Shown here: positions 1 through 9,162 of the stretch, one piece after another
How the letters are laid out: each line of letters begins with the position of its first letter
Numbering within the stretch: position 1 is the stretch's first letter
Assembly (NCBI GenBank): GCA_964495075.1
Contig: CAZBUJ010000001.1
Span: 78,539 to 142,538 of the forward strand
Direction of reading: 5' to 3'
DNA length: 64,000 nucleotides
Source: an uncultured Phycisphaeraceae bacterium
GTDB lineage: Bacteria; Planctomycetota; Phycisphaerae; UBA1845
Position numbers and translations under genes: made by a program
The notes under the pieces: model-generated
What the model saw: only the letters and a program-made list of their open reading frames with translations
The model's database searches: none
Told to the model about the DNA's origin: nothing

Positions 1-723
1 ATCTGGGAGGCGTTGCGAGAGCGTGGCGCGTCGGTGGACTGCTTCGGTGCCGGGGCCGGCCTGAGTCTCGGCGAATACACCGCCCTCTACGTAGCGGGCG
101 CACTGAGTTTCGAGGCAGGTGTGCGCCTCGTGTACCGCCGGGGTCAGCTCATGCAGGAGGCCTCCGACGCGAACCCCAGCGGCATGGTGTCGCTGATCGG
201 GGCGGACGCGGAGAAGGCGGATCGGCTGTGCCGACTGGCGGGGCAGGGCCAGGTGCTGGCACCCGCCAACTTCAACTGCCCGGGCCAGATCGTCATCTCC
301 GGCGCAAAAGACGCGTGCGTGCGGGCCCTCGAGCTGGCGGGCGAAGTGGGATGCCGGGCCGTGGCACTGAAGGTGGCCGGCGCGTTCCACACGGACCTGA
401 TGGCGTCGGCGTCCGAGGGGCTGAGCGAGGCCCTCCAGGCCGCTACTATTCGGCCCCCGCGGATCCCGGTCCTGGCGAACGTCAGCGGCGAGCCGCACGG
501 AACGCCGGAGGCGATCCGCGACGCGCTGGTACAGCAGTTGCGGCGGCCTGTTCTGTGGCAGCGATCCATGGAGCGGCTGATCGACGAGGGCTGCACGCGA
601 TTTGTCGAAGTGGGGGCCGGTCGCGTGCTCAAAGGGCTGATGCGCAAGATTGATCGAAGCAAGGAAGTCGTGAACGTGGGCACCGCGGCGGAGCTGGACA
701 CGGATCTGACCCCGAGGGGCTAG
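1..723 (+). CDS. fabD: malonyl CoA-ACP transacylase FabD, C-terminal part (5' end outside window)
   Basis: Frame-1 ORF is open from base 1 (track start at 13 is an internal TTG). GLSLGEY nucleophile-Ser motif and VAGAFHT motif. Sits in fabD-fabG-acpP-fabF order. Confidence 0.9.
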   Translation: MWEALRERGASVDCFGAGAGLSLGEYTALYVAGALSFEAGVRLVYRRGQLMQEASDANPSGMVSLIGADAEKADRLCRLAGQGQVLAPANFNCPGQIVISGAKDACVRALELAGEVGCRAVALKVAGAFHTDLMASASEGLSEALQAATIRPPRIPVLANVSGEPHGTPEAIRDALVQQLRRPVLWQRSMERLIDEGCTRFVEVGAGRVLKGLMRKIDRSKEVVNVGTAAELDTDLTPRG

Positions 724-841
724 GGCGGAGCGGTGTTGACCGGCCGGAACGGGCCGAAGGTGGTCCCTGCGTGTTCGCCGGGACCGATGGAAAGTCGGAA
801 CCAGTTGAAGGGCAGTCACCCGGCGGCAAGGATGGAAGACG

Positions 842-1582
842 ATGGAACTGAAATCGCAAACGGCAATCGTGACCGGAGCGGCACGCGGCATCGGGCGGGC
901 CATCTGTATGGAACTGGCCGACCGCGGCGCGAACATCGTCGCGGTGGACATTCTGGCGGACCCGCTGAAATCCACGGTGTCCGAGCTGGCCGATAAGGGC
1001 GTCCAGGCCATCGACAAGATCGTCGACGTGACGGACGCCGCCGCGGTGCAGCGACTGGGCGACGAGGTGACGGACGCCCTCGGCCGCGTGGACATCATGG
1101 TCAACAACGCGGGGATCACGCGTGACACGCTGCTGTTGTCCATGGAAGAGGAACAGTGGGAGCAGGTGATCCGGATCAACCTGCGGGGCGTGTTCCTCGG
1201 CACGAAGATGGCGGCGAAGATCATGCTTCGGGCGCGGAGCGGGCGGATCATCAACATCGCCAGCGTCTCCGGCGTCATGGGCAACGCGGGGCAGGCCAAC
1301 TACGCGGCGAGCAAGGCCGGCGTCATCGGGTTGACCAAGTCGGCGGCGAAGGAGTTGGGCAAACGCGGCATCACATGCAACGCCGTGGCCCCCGGGTTCA
1401 TCGCCACCGATATGACCGACGCCCTGCCGGACAAAGTGAAAGAAACGGTCAAGCCCCTCATCCCGCTGCAGCGGTTCGGTCAGCCGGATGAAGTAGCCAA
1501 AGTCGTGGGTTTCCTCGCCGGCCCTTCGGCCTCGTACATAACGGGGCAGGTCATTCAAGTGGACGGCGGGTTGAGAATGTAA
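842..1582 (+). CDS. fabG: 3-oxoacyl-ACP reductase FabG (SDR)
   Basis: 246 aa. [10 protein letters not shown] cofactor motif, NNAG, Ser...YAASKAG catalytic triad. Located between fabD and acpP. Confidence 0.95.
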   Translation: MELKSQTAIVTGAARGIGRAICMELADRGANIVAVDILADPLKSTVSELADKGVQAIDKIVDVTDAAAVQRLGDEVTDALGRVDIMVNNAGITRDTLLLSMEEEQWEQVIRINLRGVFLGTKMAAKIMLRARSGRIINIASVSGVMGNAGQANYAASKAGVIGLTKSAAKELGKRGITCNAVAPGFIATDMTDALPDKVKETVKPLIPLQRFGQPDEVAKVVGFLAGPSASYITGQVIQVDGGLRM

Positions 1583-1611
1583 TCGTGGGCCGCGGACAGT
1601 GGCAGGGACAG

Positions 1612-1640
1612 TTGCAAGGCCGTTTGCCAACCGCTAGAAT
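1612..1640 (+). promoter_or_regulatory. putative sigma70-type promoter upstream of acpP (TTGCAA-17 nt-TAGAAT)
   Basis: TTGCAA at 1612-1617 and TAGAAT at 1635-1640 with 17-nt spacing, about 55 nt upstream of the acpP start. These hexamers stand out in GC-rich DNA. Confidence 0.4.
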
Positions 1641-1699
1641 CCGGCCGCTTCACTGCCGGCAAGGAAAACGAAGAACGGTTCAGTGCAGGAGGAGTGCTT

Positions 1700-1969
1700 G
1701 TGTCGATACCGTCTACCGAAGAAATCGAACAGAAGGTCATCTCCATCGTGGCGGAGCACCTGGCCCGCGACCCGTCGGAGATCACGCGTGAGACGTCGTA
1801 CGTGAACGACTTGAACGCCGATTCGCTCGACATTGTCGAAGTGGTCATGGACCTCGAAGAGGCGTACGACATGAATGTTCCGGACGAGGACGCCCAGAAG
1901 ATCGACACGATTGGCGCGACGGTCGACTACATTCGCGAGCAGTTGGCCAAGAAGCCCGAGGGTGCGTAA
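1700..1969 (+). CDS. acpP: acyl carrier protein
   Basis: LNADSLDIVEVVMDLEE with the phosphopantetheine Ser (DSL). AGGAGG at 1687-1692 fits GTG 1700, not the track start 1694, which lies 1 nt after the SD. Confidence 0.9.
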   Translation: MSIPSTEEIEQKVISIVAEHLARDPSEITRETSYVNDLNADSLDIVEVVMDLEEAYDMNVPDEDAQKIDTIGATVDYIREQLAKKPEGA

Positions 1970-2022
1970 CCGCGGGCGAATGATTGGCGTCCCCGAGATT
2001 CGCGTAAGGACGACGATGACGA

Positions 2023-3264
2023 ATGTCTGACCGACGGACTGTCGTGACGGGCATGGGCGCGATTACGCCCCTTGCATGCAACGTCGATCAATACTGGGAT
2101 GGACTTGTCGCCGGAAAGAGCGGCATCAAGCTGATCGAGTCCTTTGACTCGACGGCGTTCGACGTCCACTTCGGCGGGGCGTGCACGGATTTCGACCCCA
2201 CGGTCGGCATCGACCCCAAGGCCGCTCGACGCATGGACCGGTTCAGCCAGATGGCCCTGGTGGCGGCCCAGCAGGCGGTGGCCCAAAGCGGCATCGATTT
2301 CGCCCGCGAGGACCCGCGGCGAGTCGGCTGCTTCATCGGCTCCGGCATCGGAGGCATCAAGGAACTGGAAGATCAGCACGTCCGGCTCCGGGACAAGGGG
2401 CCCGGCAAGGTGTCCGCCTTCACCATCCCCAAGCTGATGGTCAACGCGGCGGCGGGCAACATCTCCATTTGCTTCGGGGCGACGGGACCGAGCCAGGCCG
2501 TCTCCACCGCCTGCGCGTCGGCCACCAATGCCATCGGCGACGCCATGCACCTGATTCGGCGCAATCGGGCCGACGTCATGATCGCCGGCGGGTCCGAGGC
2601 CGCCCTGACCCCGCTCGGGCTCAGCGCGTTCGCCGCCATGAAGGCCCTGAGCACCCGCAACGACGCGCCGACGGCCGCGTCGCGACCCTTCGACGTGGAT
2701 CGGGACGGCTTCGTGCTCAGCGAGGGATCCGGCGTCGTCGTCATCGAGGAACTGGAGCACGCCCGCGCCCGCGGCGCGATCATCCTGGCGGAACTGGTGG
2801 GCTACGGTACGACCGCCGACGCTGGCCATATCACCCAGCCGCACGAGGAAGGGCACGGGGCCGCCGACGCCATGAAAGCGGCACTCGATGACGGAAAGGT
2901 CAACCCGGCGGACGTGGACTACATCAATGCCCATGGCACGGGCACGCCGTTGGGCGACGTCGCGGAGTGCAAGGCCATCCAACGCGTCTTCGGCGACGCG
3001 GCGAAGAGCGTCGCCGTCAGCAGCACGAAGAGCGCTGTCGGCCACCTGCTCGGAGCGAGCGGGGCGGTGGAATTGATTGCCTGTGTGAACGCGATCCGCA
3101 ACTCCGTGGTGCCGCCGACCCTCAACCTGGACAATCCGGACCCGCAGTGCATGGCCCGGCACGTGGCCCTGAAACCGCAGGACATGGCCATCAACGTGGC
3201 CCTGAACAACTCGTTCGGTTTCGGCGGGCATAACGCCTGCATCGTCGTTTCCAAGTTCCAGTAA
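2023..3264 (+). CDS. fabF: 3-oxoacyl-ACP synthase II (KAS II)
   Basis: 413 aa. Active-site Cys context AVSTACASATNAI, HGTGTPLGD and GHLLGASG His motifs, C-terminal NSFGFGGHN. Confidence 0.95.
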   Translation: MSDRRTVVTGMGAITPLACNVDQYWDGLVAGKSGIKLIESFDSTAFDVHFGGACTDFDPTVGIDPKAARRMDRFSQMALVAAQQAVAQSGIDFAREDPRRVGCFIGSGIGGIKELEDQHVRLRDKGPGKVSAFTIPKLMVNAAAGNISICFGATGPSQAVSTACASATNAIGDAMHLIRRNRADVMIAGGSEAALTPLGLSAFAAMKALSTRNDAPTAASRPFDVDRDGFVLSEGSGVVVIEELEHARARGAIILAELVGYGTTADAGHITQPHEEGHGAADAMKAALDDGKVNPADVDYINAHGTGTPLGDVAECKAIQRVFGDAAKSVAVSSTKSAVGHLLGASGAVELIACVNAIRNSVVPPTLNLDNPDPQCMARHVALKPQDMAINVALNNSFGFGGHNACIVVSKFQ

Positions 3265-3358
3265 CATCTCAAGTCACCCCCCGCGGCGGGTCGATACATT
3301 GGGCGTACGGACCGCGGAACCGGTTCGCAGGGTTGGGGTGCGCACCGAGGGTGGCTGC

Positions 3359-3802
3359 ATGACGATCAGTCAAAGCGAGATCGACGCGCTGCTGTCCTCC
3401 GCCGGCGGCTTCGCCGAGGTCAACGAAGCGGACAGCCCGCCGCCACCGCCTGCCCCCGCGGCGCCGGCCGCGCCGGTGGCGTCGCCGGGCGGAACGCCCG
3501 CCGGGCATGGACCGTTCTTCCGGCCACTCGTCGACTATCCCCCGGAGTTGGCCCGCATCATGCGGATGCGCGTCCCCGTGCTCGTCACGCTGGCCGCACG
3601 CGATGTCTCGCTCTCGTCAGTGCTCAACTGGACGCTCGGCTCGATCATCGAGTTCGATATCCCGGCCGATTCGGAGCTCCAACTCGTGATCGGCAACAAG
3701 CCGATCGGTCGGGGCCACGCCGTCAAGGTGGGTGAGAACTTCGGCCTGCGCGTCACCACCATCGGCGACCTCGCCCAACGAATCACCGCCATGGGCCGCT
3801 GA
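3359..3802 (+). CDS. fliN: FliN/SpoA-domain flagellar switch-like protein with N-terminal EIDALL motif
   Basis: ATG at 3359 gives 147 aa. MTISQSEIDALLSS N-terminus, Pro/Ala linker, C-terminal SpoA-like block (VLVTLAARDVSLSSVLNWTLGSIIEFD...GNKPIGRGHAVKVGENFGLRV). Confidence 0.7.
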   Translation: MTISQSEIDALLSSAGGFAEVNEADSPPPPPAPAAPAAPVASPGGTPAGHGPFFRPLVDYPPELARIMRMRVPVLVTLAARDVSLSSVLNWTLGSIIEFDIPADSELQLVIGNKPIGRGHAVKVGENFGLRVTTIGDLAQRITAMGR

Positions 3803-3866
3803 CACGACCTTCGGCCGAGCGCCGGGGATCAGGTGACCCGTTGAACAGGAGAGCAGGGCGAACGAG

Positions 3867-5135
3867 CTACGGCCGCTTCCCACCTCCACCCAACAGCGTC
3901 CGGGCCATCTGCAGGGCGACCGCGCGATTGGCAACCGTCTCGTTCAACTGGGCCCGGTACACCGTGGACAGGACCTGGCCGAACGTCGGGCCGGGCTGCA
4001 CGCCCATGGCCAGCAGATCGTCGCCCGTGACCAGGGGCGGTGGGGCGACGTCGGCCGGGTCGATCGCGCTTGCGCGACGCACCAGGCATGCGTGCGCGGC
4101 CGGCGATTCGCCGGCCGCCGCCAGATCCGCCCGTAACAGGTTGGTGAGGTCGTCGAACTGCGGATGGGCCATCAGCAGCTTGATGTCGGCCAGCTCCAGC
4201 GTGTCGGGCCGGCGAACCGTTCGCAGTTGCTCGGTGAGCCACGTGACGGCCGTCGTGTCGGCCACGCTGCAACGCAGTCCGGTGCAGATGCGGCGGATGG
4301 CGGCGGGCGGCTCGGTCGCCAGCAGGGCGGCCATCGCCAGCGGAAACGATGCGTCCGACGGCAGGGCGTCCAGGCGGCGGGCGGCGATGTCGACCTCCGC
4401 GTCGGGCCAGGAATCGCCGGCCACCAGATAGGGCAGCAGCCCCGCCTCGTTCAGCAACCGCCACCCGCGACCGCGGTTCCGGTCGGTCAGGATCTTCTCC
4501 AGCTCCTGGCAGATGCGTTCCGCGCTGATGGTGGCGATGCCGACCGCGTGCCGGCGAATGGCATCGAATGTGGACGCCTCGATCTCGAAGCCAAGCCGGG
4601 ACGCGAACCGGATGGCCCGCAGCATGCGGAGATGGTCTTCCTCGAAGCGATCGGCCGCCGCGCCAATGGCGCGGAGACGTTTGGCGGCCAGGTCTTGCTG
4701 ACCACCGACGTAGTCGATCACTTCGTCATTAACCGGGTCGTAGAACATGCCGTTAATCGTGAAGTCCCGGCGCCGTGCGTCCTCCTCGGCCGTGGTGAAC
4801 GTGATCCGGTCCGGGTGGCGGTGGTCGGCGTAATCCGCTTCGGCACGGAACGTGGCCACCTCCAACTCCACGCCGTCGATGCGCACCATGACCACGCCGA
4901 ACTTGGCCCCCACCTTTTTGGTGCGGCGGAACAGGCCGACCACCCGATCGGGTGGCGCGTCGGTGGCCACGTCGATGTCCGTCGGCGGCCGGTTCATCAA
5001 CATGTCGCGGACGCAACCGCCGGCGAACAGCGCGGTATGACCGGCATCGCGCAGGACGCGAACCGCTTTCTCGGCCGCCCGTCGCAGTTGTGAAACAGCC
5101 ACCGGTCGATCACTCCCATTGGGCTGGTTCGGCAC
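3867..5135 (-). CDS. cca: CCA-adding tRNA nucleotidyltransferase / poly(A) polymerase family
   Basis: 422 aa. GGCVRDMLMNRPPTDIDVAT nucleotidyltransferase motif, RRDFTINGM, RAIRFASRLGF. Follows rsmD with a 2-nt gap on the same strand. Confidence 0.85.
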   Translation of the reverse strand: MPNQPNGSDRPVAVSQLRRAAEKAVRVLRDAGHTALFAGGCVRDMLMNRPPTDIDVATDAPPDRVVGLFRRTKKVGAKFGVVMVRIDGVELEVATFRAEADYADHRHPDRITFTTAEEDARRRDFTINGMFYDPVNDEVIDYVGGQQDLAAKRLRAIGAAADRFEEDHLRMLRAIRFASRLGFEIEASTFDAIRRHAVGIATISAERICQELEKILTDRNRGRGWRLLNEAGLLPYLVAGDSWPDAEVDIAARRLDALPSDASFPLAMAALLATEPPAAIRRICTGLRCSVADTTAVTWLTEQLRTVRRPDTLELADIKLLMAHPQFDDLTNLLRADLAAAGESPAAHACLVRRASAIDPADVAPPPLVTGDDLLAMGVQPGPTFGQVLSTVYRAQLNETVANRAVALQMARTLLGGGGKRP

Positions 5136-5137
5136 GC

Positions 5138-5746
5138 TCAGGACTCCGGGGCCGGGTTGCGGCGGAACCAGGTGATCATGCTGCTGCCGTAGCGCCGCGT
5201 GTCAAATGAACGCCAGCCCACCTCGGCGTCAAGAACAAACTGGATGCGGGTCTCGTGGTGCAGGACCGCGATGGCCTCGGCGTCCAGCCGGCCGGAGCGG
5301 ACCGCCTGCGTCAGTAACTGCGACACGCGGCCCGTCGCCGACGCATCTCGCGAATCGCGGTACGGGGGATCCACAAACAGGACCGCCAGCTTGTCCTTCG
5401 CATCGACGAACGACCACGGGTCCTTCCAGGCGTCGACCGGCATGATACGAGCGCCGGGCCCGGCGCCGAGCGCCGTGATGTTCGCCCGCAGGGCAGCCAG
5501 CGCCCGCGGGTGATGCTCGAAGAAGTAACAGGTGGTCGCGCCGCGCGACAGCGCCTCCAGCCCCATCGTGCCGGACCCGCTGAACACATCGGCCACCCGC
5601 AGTGGCGGCAACCCGCCGGGGGTACCGAGCAGCGACCCGAGCGTGTCGAACACGGCTTCCTTGACACGGTCCGGCATCGGTCGTGTCTGATCGCCACGCG
5701 GTCGCTCGATGATCCGCGAGCCCCATTGTCCGCCAATGATCCGCAT
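5138..5746 (-). CDS. rsmD: 16S rRNA (guanine966-N2)-methyltransferase RsmD
   Basis: Only the last 202 aa of track ORF 5138..6499 look real. MRIIGGQWGSR start (ATG at 5746), VFSGSGTMGLEALSRGA SAM motif, FVDPPY motif. Confidence 0.85.
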   Translation of the reverse strand: MRIIGGQWGSRIIERPRGDQTRPMPDRVKEAVFDTLGSLLGTPGGLPPLRVADVFSGSGTMGLEALSRGATTCYFFEHHPRALAALRANITALGAGPGARIMPVDAWKDPWSFVDAKDKLAVLFVDPPYRDSRDASATGRVSQLLTQAVRSGRLDAEAIAVLHHETRIQFVLDAEVGWRSFDTRRYGSSMITWFRRNPAPES

Positions 5747-5779
5747 CTCCGAAGCACCATTCACCCGGTGTCTTTCCGT

Positions 5780-5808
5780 TTGCCCGCCGATAGGGCCGTG
5801 TCTATAAT
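5780..5808 (+). promoter_or_regulatory. putative sigma70-type promoter (TTGCCC-17 nt-TATAAT) for the YkgJ-like gene
   Basis: TTGCCC at 5780-5785 and consensus TATAAT at 5803-5808, 40 nt upstream of ATG 5849. Confidence 0.35.
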
Positions 5809-5848
5809 CGGTCTTTACGCTACGGTTGGCAATATCGCGAGGACAAAG

Positions 5849-6271
5849 ATGGGATCCGTTTGCTGCGAGCACTGCACGGCTGCGTGCTGTCACTACTTGG
5901 CCCTTCCGCTCGACGAGCCGGAGACCCCCCGGGATTTTGACGACATCCGCTGGTACCTCATGCACAAAGGGGTGAACGTCTTCATCGAGGACGGGGAATG
6001 GTACATCCAGGTCCCCACCGCGTGCGAGAATCTCCGGGCCGACAACCTGTGCGGAATCTATGAGACCCGCCCCAAGATCTGCCGTGAGTACAAGGCCGGC
6101 GATTGCGACTACGCCGGCGGCAGCTACGGCTACGAGCACCTGTTCCAGTGCGAGGAAGATATCGTCGCCTACGTGAAACAACACGGGGTGGGCAGCAACG
6201 GCCGAAACTCGAAGAAGACCAAGAAGACCCGGAAGGCAAAGAAGACCGGCCATGCACGGAAGTCGAGATGA
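5849..6271 (+). CDS. YkgJ/UPF0153-type cysteine-cluster protein with Lys-rich tail
   Basis: ATG 5849 gives 140 aa. CCEHCTAACC N-terminal cluster plus NLCGIYETRPKICREY, typical of the CxxCxxCC zinc/iron-chelating family. Tail is NSKKTKKTRKAKKTGHARKSR. Confidence 0.75.
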   Translation: MGSVCCEHCTAACCHYLALPLDEPETPRDFDDIRWYLMHKGVNVFIEDGEWYIQVPTACENLRADNLCGIYETRPKICREYKAGDCDYAGGSYGYEHLFQCEEDIVAYVKQHGVGSNGRNSKKTKKTRKAKKTGHARKSR

Positions 6272-7064
6272 GCCTGTCACCACGGACCCCGGCAAGTGCG
6301 GGGATCGGCCCGACGGGCGGCGTTCACTTCTCATCCTCGTCGTCGTGGTCGCCCTGGGCGGCAACGCCGGGTGTTTCAACGCGTCGCTCGCCACCAGTAC
6401 GGGCGAACGCGTTAAAGGGGAGTGGTCCGTCGCCCAGGAGCAACACGTGCACGTCGGCGAGGAGGTGCAGTTCGACGTCGTGCTGGCCAAGCCGGGCATG
6501 ATCCAGCCGACCCACCCGGACGGAATCGCCGACTACTGCCGGCTCGAGCTCGGCGACGTGTGGGCGACGGCGACGGCCGGGCGCTCCGGGCACTTCCATT
6601 TCACGCATGTCGTCGATCGGCAGGAGCCCGGCTCGCGGTTGAAAGTGACGGCGACCGTGTACCGTGTCGCCGGCAACCGGGATCCGGTCGACCGGGCGGG
6701 CGAGTTCAAGGCCGCCTACGACCGAGACGATGACGCCGACATCAAGGTGGCGTCCGACTCGATCACGATGATCGTCTACCAGGCCCACATCGAGATCGAG
6801 ATCGATCCCGCCCCAGGCGAGATCGATTTTGCCGGCGGGAGGCTGGAGATCCGCCGATCCGACGGCTCGAGCACCACGGTCTACCGCGATCGTCCGCGGC
6901 GACGCGGCTTCACAGTCTCCGGGCCCGCCGGCGGGCGGTACATCGTGCGGTACGATCCGCGTGCGTCGGAAGTCAACAACATCGGCACGACGGAGGCCGA
7001 GTTCATCGTGTACGACAGCGGCGGCGAACGGATCAGCCGGAAAGTGGCGGTGCCCACGCCGTAG
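6252..7064 (+). CDS. hypothetical lipoprotein
   Basis: 270-aa ORF with normal amino-acid composition. RRSLLILVVVVALGGNAGC resembles a lipoprotein signal with lipobox. Overlaps the previous gene by 20 nt. No recognisable domain. Confidence 0.5.
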   Translation: MHGSRDEPVTTDPGKCGDRPDGRRSLLILVVVVALGGNAGCFNASLATSTGERVKGEWSVAQEQHVHVGEEVQFDVVLAKPGMIQPTHPDGIADYCRLELGDVWATATAGRSGHFHFTHVVDRQEPGSRLKVTATVYRVAGNRDPVDRAGEFKAAYDRDDDADIKVASDSITMIVYQAHIEIEIDPAPGEIDFAGGRLEIRRSDGSSTTVYRDRPRRRGFTVSGPAGGRYIVRYDPRASEVNNIGTTEAEFIVYDSGGERISRKVAVPTP

Positions 7065-7099
7065 GACCCGGATTTCCCAGATGGATTGATCACGATGGC

Positions 7100-7660
7100 A
7101 TAATAGGCGCATGTTGTCCCTGTGATTCAAGAGTTTCCGGCCGTTTTGACAGGGACATCCCATGGATGACAGGCGAAAACAAGCACTTCGTGTCCAATTC
7201 GACGGCAAACTCAGACTCGGATTTCGCGGAGCGAAGATCACGAGCGATGCTGGCTTGCTCGCGTTTCGTGAACTGGATGAGGCATTCCGTTTGACGGAAA
7301 ACGCGAGGGTGGTATTGTCCGATCCGCGTCATGGGAAGAACACGCAGCACAGCATGTTGGCCATGTTGCGACAGAGCGTCTGCGGACGGTTGGCTGGATA
7401 CGAGGATGTCAATGACGCGGAGCGCTTGCGCATCGACCCCCCCATGCGTCGAGTTGTTGGCGGTCGGGCGAAGAAGAAGGAGGCCGCGTCCACCGACGAG
7501 ATGAGCCGGTTCGAGACAGAGATGCTGAGTTCACGGCGACCAGCAAGGCTCCGCCTGCAACGGTTACGTCGAGTGTATGTGCTATCATCCACTGTTCCTG
7601 TTCAGCCAGCTTGGCGACCTGGCGCGGGCCATGCTGCGTCGTGAGGGGCAAACGGCCCCA
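7100..7660 (+). mobile_element. decayed IS1380-family insertion sequence remnant
   Basis: Transposase N-terminal fragment preceded by a 9-bp inverted repeat, TGTCCCTGT (7115-7123) / ACAGGGACA (7149-7157). Locally lower GC. Confidence 0.6.
7162..7660 (+). pseudogene. IS1380-family DDE transposase, N-terminal fragment with internal deletion/frameshift
   Basis: KITSDAGLLAFRELDEAFRLTE...GYEDVNDAERL...MSRFETEML, then a frame change to CYHPLFLFSQLGDLARAMLR. About 70 aa expected between these blocks and the whole catalytic C-terminus are missing. Confidence 0.7.
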
Positions 7661-7915
7661 CCAGCGATCCAGAAAGGCGGGGTGGACGGAATCTGGGGTT
7701 CAGGGGCGGGTACCCTCGCCAGAATGTCCTTCCTCCGTTGCAACAGGCTTGGCGCGCCGGTAGATTCGGAGTCGCGGAAGCGCCGAATGGAGAATGTCGG
7801 TGACGACCCCGAAATGACGACGCACCGCTGTCGGTGTCGTATCGACCGCCAGCGGCAGCGCATTGCGCGGTACCTCGCGGGAATGGCTTCCATACCGCCG
7901 AAGGCAAGGCTGACC

Positions 7916-8821
7916 ATGCAACCGAAAAGACTGAATCCCCTCGCCTGTCGCGCGGTATCGCTCTGCATCGCCGTAACTTGCAGCGCGTGTGCCGTGCAGG
8001 AACGCGGTACACCCCCAGTAGCAGTACAACCGCCGCCTGAGCAGTGGACCGTTGTTCCCATGACGATCGATGCCGGGTTACCCATCATAATGACCATGAT
8101 TGAGAACACTCCAATTCCGGTGATGGTCGATACTGGCGGATATGAGGAGCTCCTCCTTACTCCCGAGAGACTGAGCACGCTGAATGTGACCTATACCGGT
8201 CGCCGAAGGTGGTCGGTTGGCGGGCTCGGGCTCCTCTCGTTGTCGAGCGCCCGGGAGTTCATCGTCCCGCATATGGAGATCGGCGATTTGTCCCTGGCGA
8301 ACGTGCGGGGACTCGAGTTTCACTTCAACCGCCTTGGCCAGGGCGATCAGCCGCCTCCCGCGATGGAACACGGCGTCGTTGGACTTGGACTGCTGCACGA
8401 CTTCCAGGTCATCTTTGACTATGCACGCGGACGACTTGTGCTCACTGGCGATTCGCAATACCCGCCGGACTACGCCCCGGAAACCTGGACACAGTGCCGC
8501 TTGGACGTTTCCGATCTGAACGTCGGGCTGTGCGGGGTCGTGCAGTTGAACGGGCGGCCGCTGCGTTGCGTGTGGGACACTGGCGCGTCCTTCTCGCTCA
8601 TCAGACCCGGTCTGGCCGCGCCGACCGACGTCGCGCGCCGTGGCAAGCATGAAATCGCCCAATTCGCCACGTTGACGGTCGGTAACGTCGACTGCGGACC
8701 GTTCGAGGCCGTACTAATGGACTTCAAGCAGCCGCCGGTGGATGTGATCATGGGGCACAGTTTCTTCGAGGATCACACCGTGTTGGTGGATTGCGCCGGT
8801 GCGTTACTCGCTTTTGATTGA
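7916..8821 (+). CDS. retropepsin-like aspartic protease lipoprotein with two DTG lobes
   Basis: Start MQPKRLNPLACRAVSLCIAVTCSAC (signal plus Cys). Two Asp-Thr-Gly sites (VMVDTGGYEELLL and CVWDTGASFSLI), each followed by a GLGLL/IMGHSFF-type flap region. The upstream part of track ORF 7577..8821 is IS debris. Confidence 0.65.
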   Translation: MQPKRLNPLACRAVSLCIAVTCSACAVQERGTPPVAVQPPPEQWTVVPMTIDAGLPIIMTMIENTPIPVMVDTGGYEELLLTPERLSTLNVTYTGRRRWSVGGLGLLSLSSAREFIVPHMEIGDLSLANVRGLEFHFNRLGQGDQPPPAMEHGVVGLGLLHDFQVIFDYARGRLVLTGDSQYPPDYAPETWTQCRLDVSDLNVGLCGVVQLNGRPLRCVWDTGASFSLIRPGLAAPTDVARRGKHEIAQFATLTVGNVDCGPFEAVLMDFKQPPVDVIMGHSFFEDHTVLVDCAGALLAFD

Positions 8822-9162
8822 TGGCAGCGCTGTGCGGCGTTGGGCGCGTATGGCAGCCTTCCAAGCCGCACGTGAGACGGCGAATCGATTCCTGGAGCCA
8901 CAATGGAATCGCGGTCAGCAACCCGAGAACGATCGACGTCCGCATGCGAAGTGGGAACGGATCTGACCGCCCGTCGGCGGTTGCCCGTCGCCGGCGTGGC
9001 GTCGCTCACCGTGCTGTTTGGCAACGGTGGATGCGTGCGGGACGCGCAAGCCGTCGCCGGGAACCAGGCTGTTCTGCATGGGACGGTGGTGGATACGGCT
9101 GGGACGGGCGGGGTCCCGCCGACCCGGATCATCCACGGCCGCCGTCAGGGGACACGGCGGGG

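Noticed and set aside
5747-6499. N-terminal 250 aa of track ORF 5138..6499
   Set aside because: Homology to RsmD begins at MRIIGGQWG (ATG 5746). The upstream extension overlaps the YkgJ-like gene and the lipoprotein gene on the other strand, and it has non-protein-like composition.
7577-7915. N-terminal part of track ORF 7577..8821
   Set aside because: It is read-through from IS1380 transposase debris (CYHPLFLFSQLGDL...). A proper lipoprotein signal begins at ATG 7916, so the long ORF is a chimera.
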